Assembly: GCA_030390025.1 (NCBI GenBank)
Contig: JASTWF010000033.1
Span: 4,838,001 to 4,902,000 of the forward strand
Direction of reading: 5' to 3'
Length of the DNA stretch: 64,000 nucleotides
From: Squalus acanthias
Taxonomy: Eukaryota
The notes beneath the pieces were generated by a model. The model was not told the DNA's origin. It made no database searches and saw only the letters and a list, made by a program, of their open reading frames with translations. The translations under genes and the position numbers were made by a program. Shown here in pieces: positions 61,800 through 64,000 of this stretch. Every line of letters begins with the position of its first letter. Position 1 is the first letter of the stretch.

Positions 61800-63535
61800 C
61801 TCGTCCACTGAGGGGCGAACCCCGTTCGCCCGGGCAGACCCTTAACCATAACCTTCTCTCCTAGTGGTGGCACGCTGCCAGACACCCCGTATCCTGGTTT
61901 TGGTCTGCACCACTCTTGTTGTTCCCTTACCTCCTGTCGTAATTAAACATAGAAACTAGGAGCAGGAGCAGGCCATTCGAGCCTGCTCCACCATTCAATA
62001 CGATCATGGCTGATCATCCAAATGCAGTACCCTGTCCCTGCTTTCTCACACAGAATCCCCATCGAGCGTGCACCAACACATATCCCACCCTATCCCCGTA
62101 ACCCCACGTATTTAATTCCCCCTAACATATCCCATCCTATCCCCGTAACCCCACATATTTAATCCCCCCCTAACACTAAGGGTCAATTTATCATAGCCAA
62201 ATCAACCTAACCCGCACATTTTTGGACTGTGGGAGGAAACCGGAGTACCCGGAGGAAACCCACGTAGACACGGGGAGAATGTGCAAACTCCACACAGACA
62301 GTCGCCCGAGGCCAGATTCGAACCCGGGTCCCTAGCGCTGTGAGGCACCAGTGCTAACCACTATGCCACCGTAATCCTTTTAGTAGTATACTCAATTCCA
62401 TTACATACCGTCGGATTGGTCCCTTAGTGGGCCAAGATCTGATCCTCCCGTTACTATTCATTCCGGTAATTTCACAGCTCGCCCTGTCATCAGCTCATAG
62501 GGGGTTAGCCCCGTAGTCCCGTTAGGGGTTGCACGCAACCTCATGAGGATGGTGGACAGCAATTCCGACCAGGATTGACCTGTCTCCTGTATAGCTTTGG
62601 CCAATGATATTTTCAACGTACGATTCATCCTCTCTACCATTCCCGAACTCTGGGGGTGGGAGGGGATGTGGAACGTCTGTTTAATACCCATCATTGTACA
62701 CAATTCTTTGATTACATTTCCGGTAAAGTCTGTCCCTTGATCCGAGTCAATTTGTGCAGGGATTCCCCAACGGGGAATCACATCGTCTTCCAATATTTTT
62801 GGCACAGTGATGGCGGTGAAATTGCCGGTAGCAAATGTTTCCACCCACCGTGTGAACTGAACAATCATCACTGGACATTATTTCGTCCCCCGAGAGCTGA
62901 GTAGTTGCCCAGTAAAATCGATCTGTAAATTCTCCCACGGGCCCCAAGGACGTGGTTGATGCGACAGTCGTATCTTCACTGCTTTCCCCGGATTATGCTG
63001 GGCACATATCACACATCGGTGACAGTACTCGGCTATCCACCGGCCACCACGAGGCCCGGACAAAACTTGTGGTAACGGCGGTTCTTCCCCGATGATCGAC
63101 TCCGTGGTGTAGCTCTATTAGCATAAGTCGTATGCATTCGGGGGCTATTACATGGCCGTCCTTTCGCCATACAGAGTTCGGACCCTGGGTCCCGCCCTTC
63201 TCTTTCCACTCTTTCTTCTCCCTATGGTTGGCATCGGCTTGCAATTTCGCAACGTCTATACTATCTTCTCCGAGGGTCAAATCTCCCACGGCCTCATCCA
63301 TGGGAGTCTGGGTCTCCGACGCACCACGTGCGGGGATGTCTGCTGCCTCATTTCCCTTCAGCACCTCGTTTTCCATCTTCTGGTGAGCCTTTAGTTTGAT
63401 GACTGCTGCTTGGGCAGGTTTACTAGCAGCATCCAATAGCAGCGTAATTCGGCCTTCATGTTTGATAGCCTCCCCTCCTGAGGTGACAAATCCTCGTCTG
63501 CCCCAGGCGGTCATGTGATCGTGTACTCCCAAAAA
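61800..63535 (-). pseudogene. Retroviral pol remnant: RNase H C-half plus integrase
   Basis: WGRRGFVTSGGEAIKH...IKLKAHQ...GNEAAD (RNase H); H..H...CVIC zinc finger, LQIDFTG, RWGIPAQIDSDQGTDF, HPQSSGMVERMNRTLK, TGLTPYELMTGR (integrase). Confidence 0.93.
61944..62369 (-). mobile_element. HE1-type V-SINE with an appended CR1 3' tail, inserted in the integrase
   Basis: tRNA-like head ggtggcatagtggttagcac..ggttcgaatc, V-domain gtgtggagtttgcacattctcccc..ggtttcctccgggtactccgg, CR1 3' UTR at 61944-62047; CGTAAT at both ends. Confidence 0.88.
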
Positions 63536-64000
63536 TTGGTAACGGGTTGCTCAACGCCGTTTGTACTACCTGTTTAAAATCATTATAATCTGTTGTTCGA
63601 TCGGCCAGCGTGGCTCCCAGTTCCGGGACACAGGTCTGGTTCTTTATGTCATCCGCCAATGTGTTCCAGATTATTATGTATGTCGTACATTTCTTCTAAC
63701 GTTCGCCAAAAGTCGGTATTGCCGTGTCTGGGATTCAATAAGGGCAAGTCTTTCAAAATGGATTGTTTCTCGCCCGGGATGAATGCCTGATACGACAATA
63801 ACCCCCCCGGGGTGATATCTCCCTGGGAGTTCGGAGGCCGACTTCGGGCCTCAAGTGGGGCCGCAAACACAGCAGCCGACTCTAATTCTGGAGCCGTCAC
63901 CATTCCATATGGTGGCGAGTCGTCTCCGTTATCGGTATCATGTCCGGCAGACCAGGTACCGGCCCAAACCTACTAGTCTGTTGCCGTTCATTTTGATGGA
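63536..64000 (-). pseudogene. Probable gag fragment, continuing beyond the window
   Basis: Position upstream of pol; Pro-rich PPY-containing segment followed by helical LKDLPLLNP...FWRTLEEMY; no RT motifs. Assignment is positional. Confidence 0.45.

Overview
Repeat-rich vertebrate genomic DNA, very probably from a cartilaginous fish (inferred from HER1-type CR1 LINEs, an HE1 V-SINE, Deu-domain SINEs and a shark-type GPR139/142-like receptor). It has three parts. (1) 1-35 kb: one apparently intact two-exon, minus-strand class A GPCR gene (exon 1 22198-22132, exon 2 5312-4327, 350 aa). Its 16.8-kb intron and flanks hold nested CR1, L2, RTE and Penelope fragments, Harbinger-like MITEs and four minisatellites. 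(2) 35-59.3 kb: a decayed, segmentally duplicated and partly inverted Pol III cluster with about 14 tRNA (pseudo)genes and three 5S rRNA pseudogenes. It includes a tRNA-Pro(CGG) with a canonical-position intron and an Asp-body tRNA with a CTC anticodon. (3) 59.3-64 kb: the 3' part of a degraded minus-strand endogenous retrovirus. It has a 542-bp LTR, PPT, integrase and RNase H, and an envelope built like a paramyxo/pneumovirus F protein rather than a gamma-type Env, suggesting a lokiretrovirus-like element; this is the most interesting signal. Most long ORFs in the track are LINE fragments or minisatellite artefacts. All family calls are by motif recognition without database searches, and repeat boundaries are approximate.
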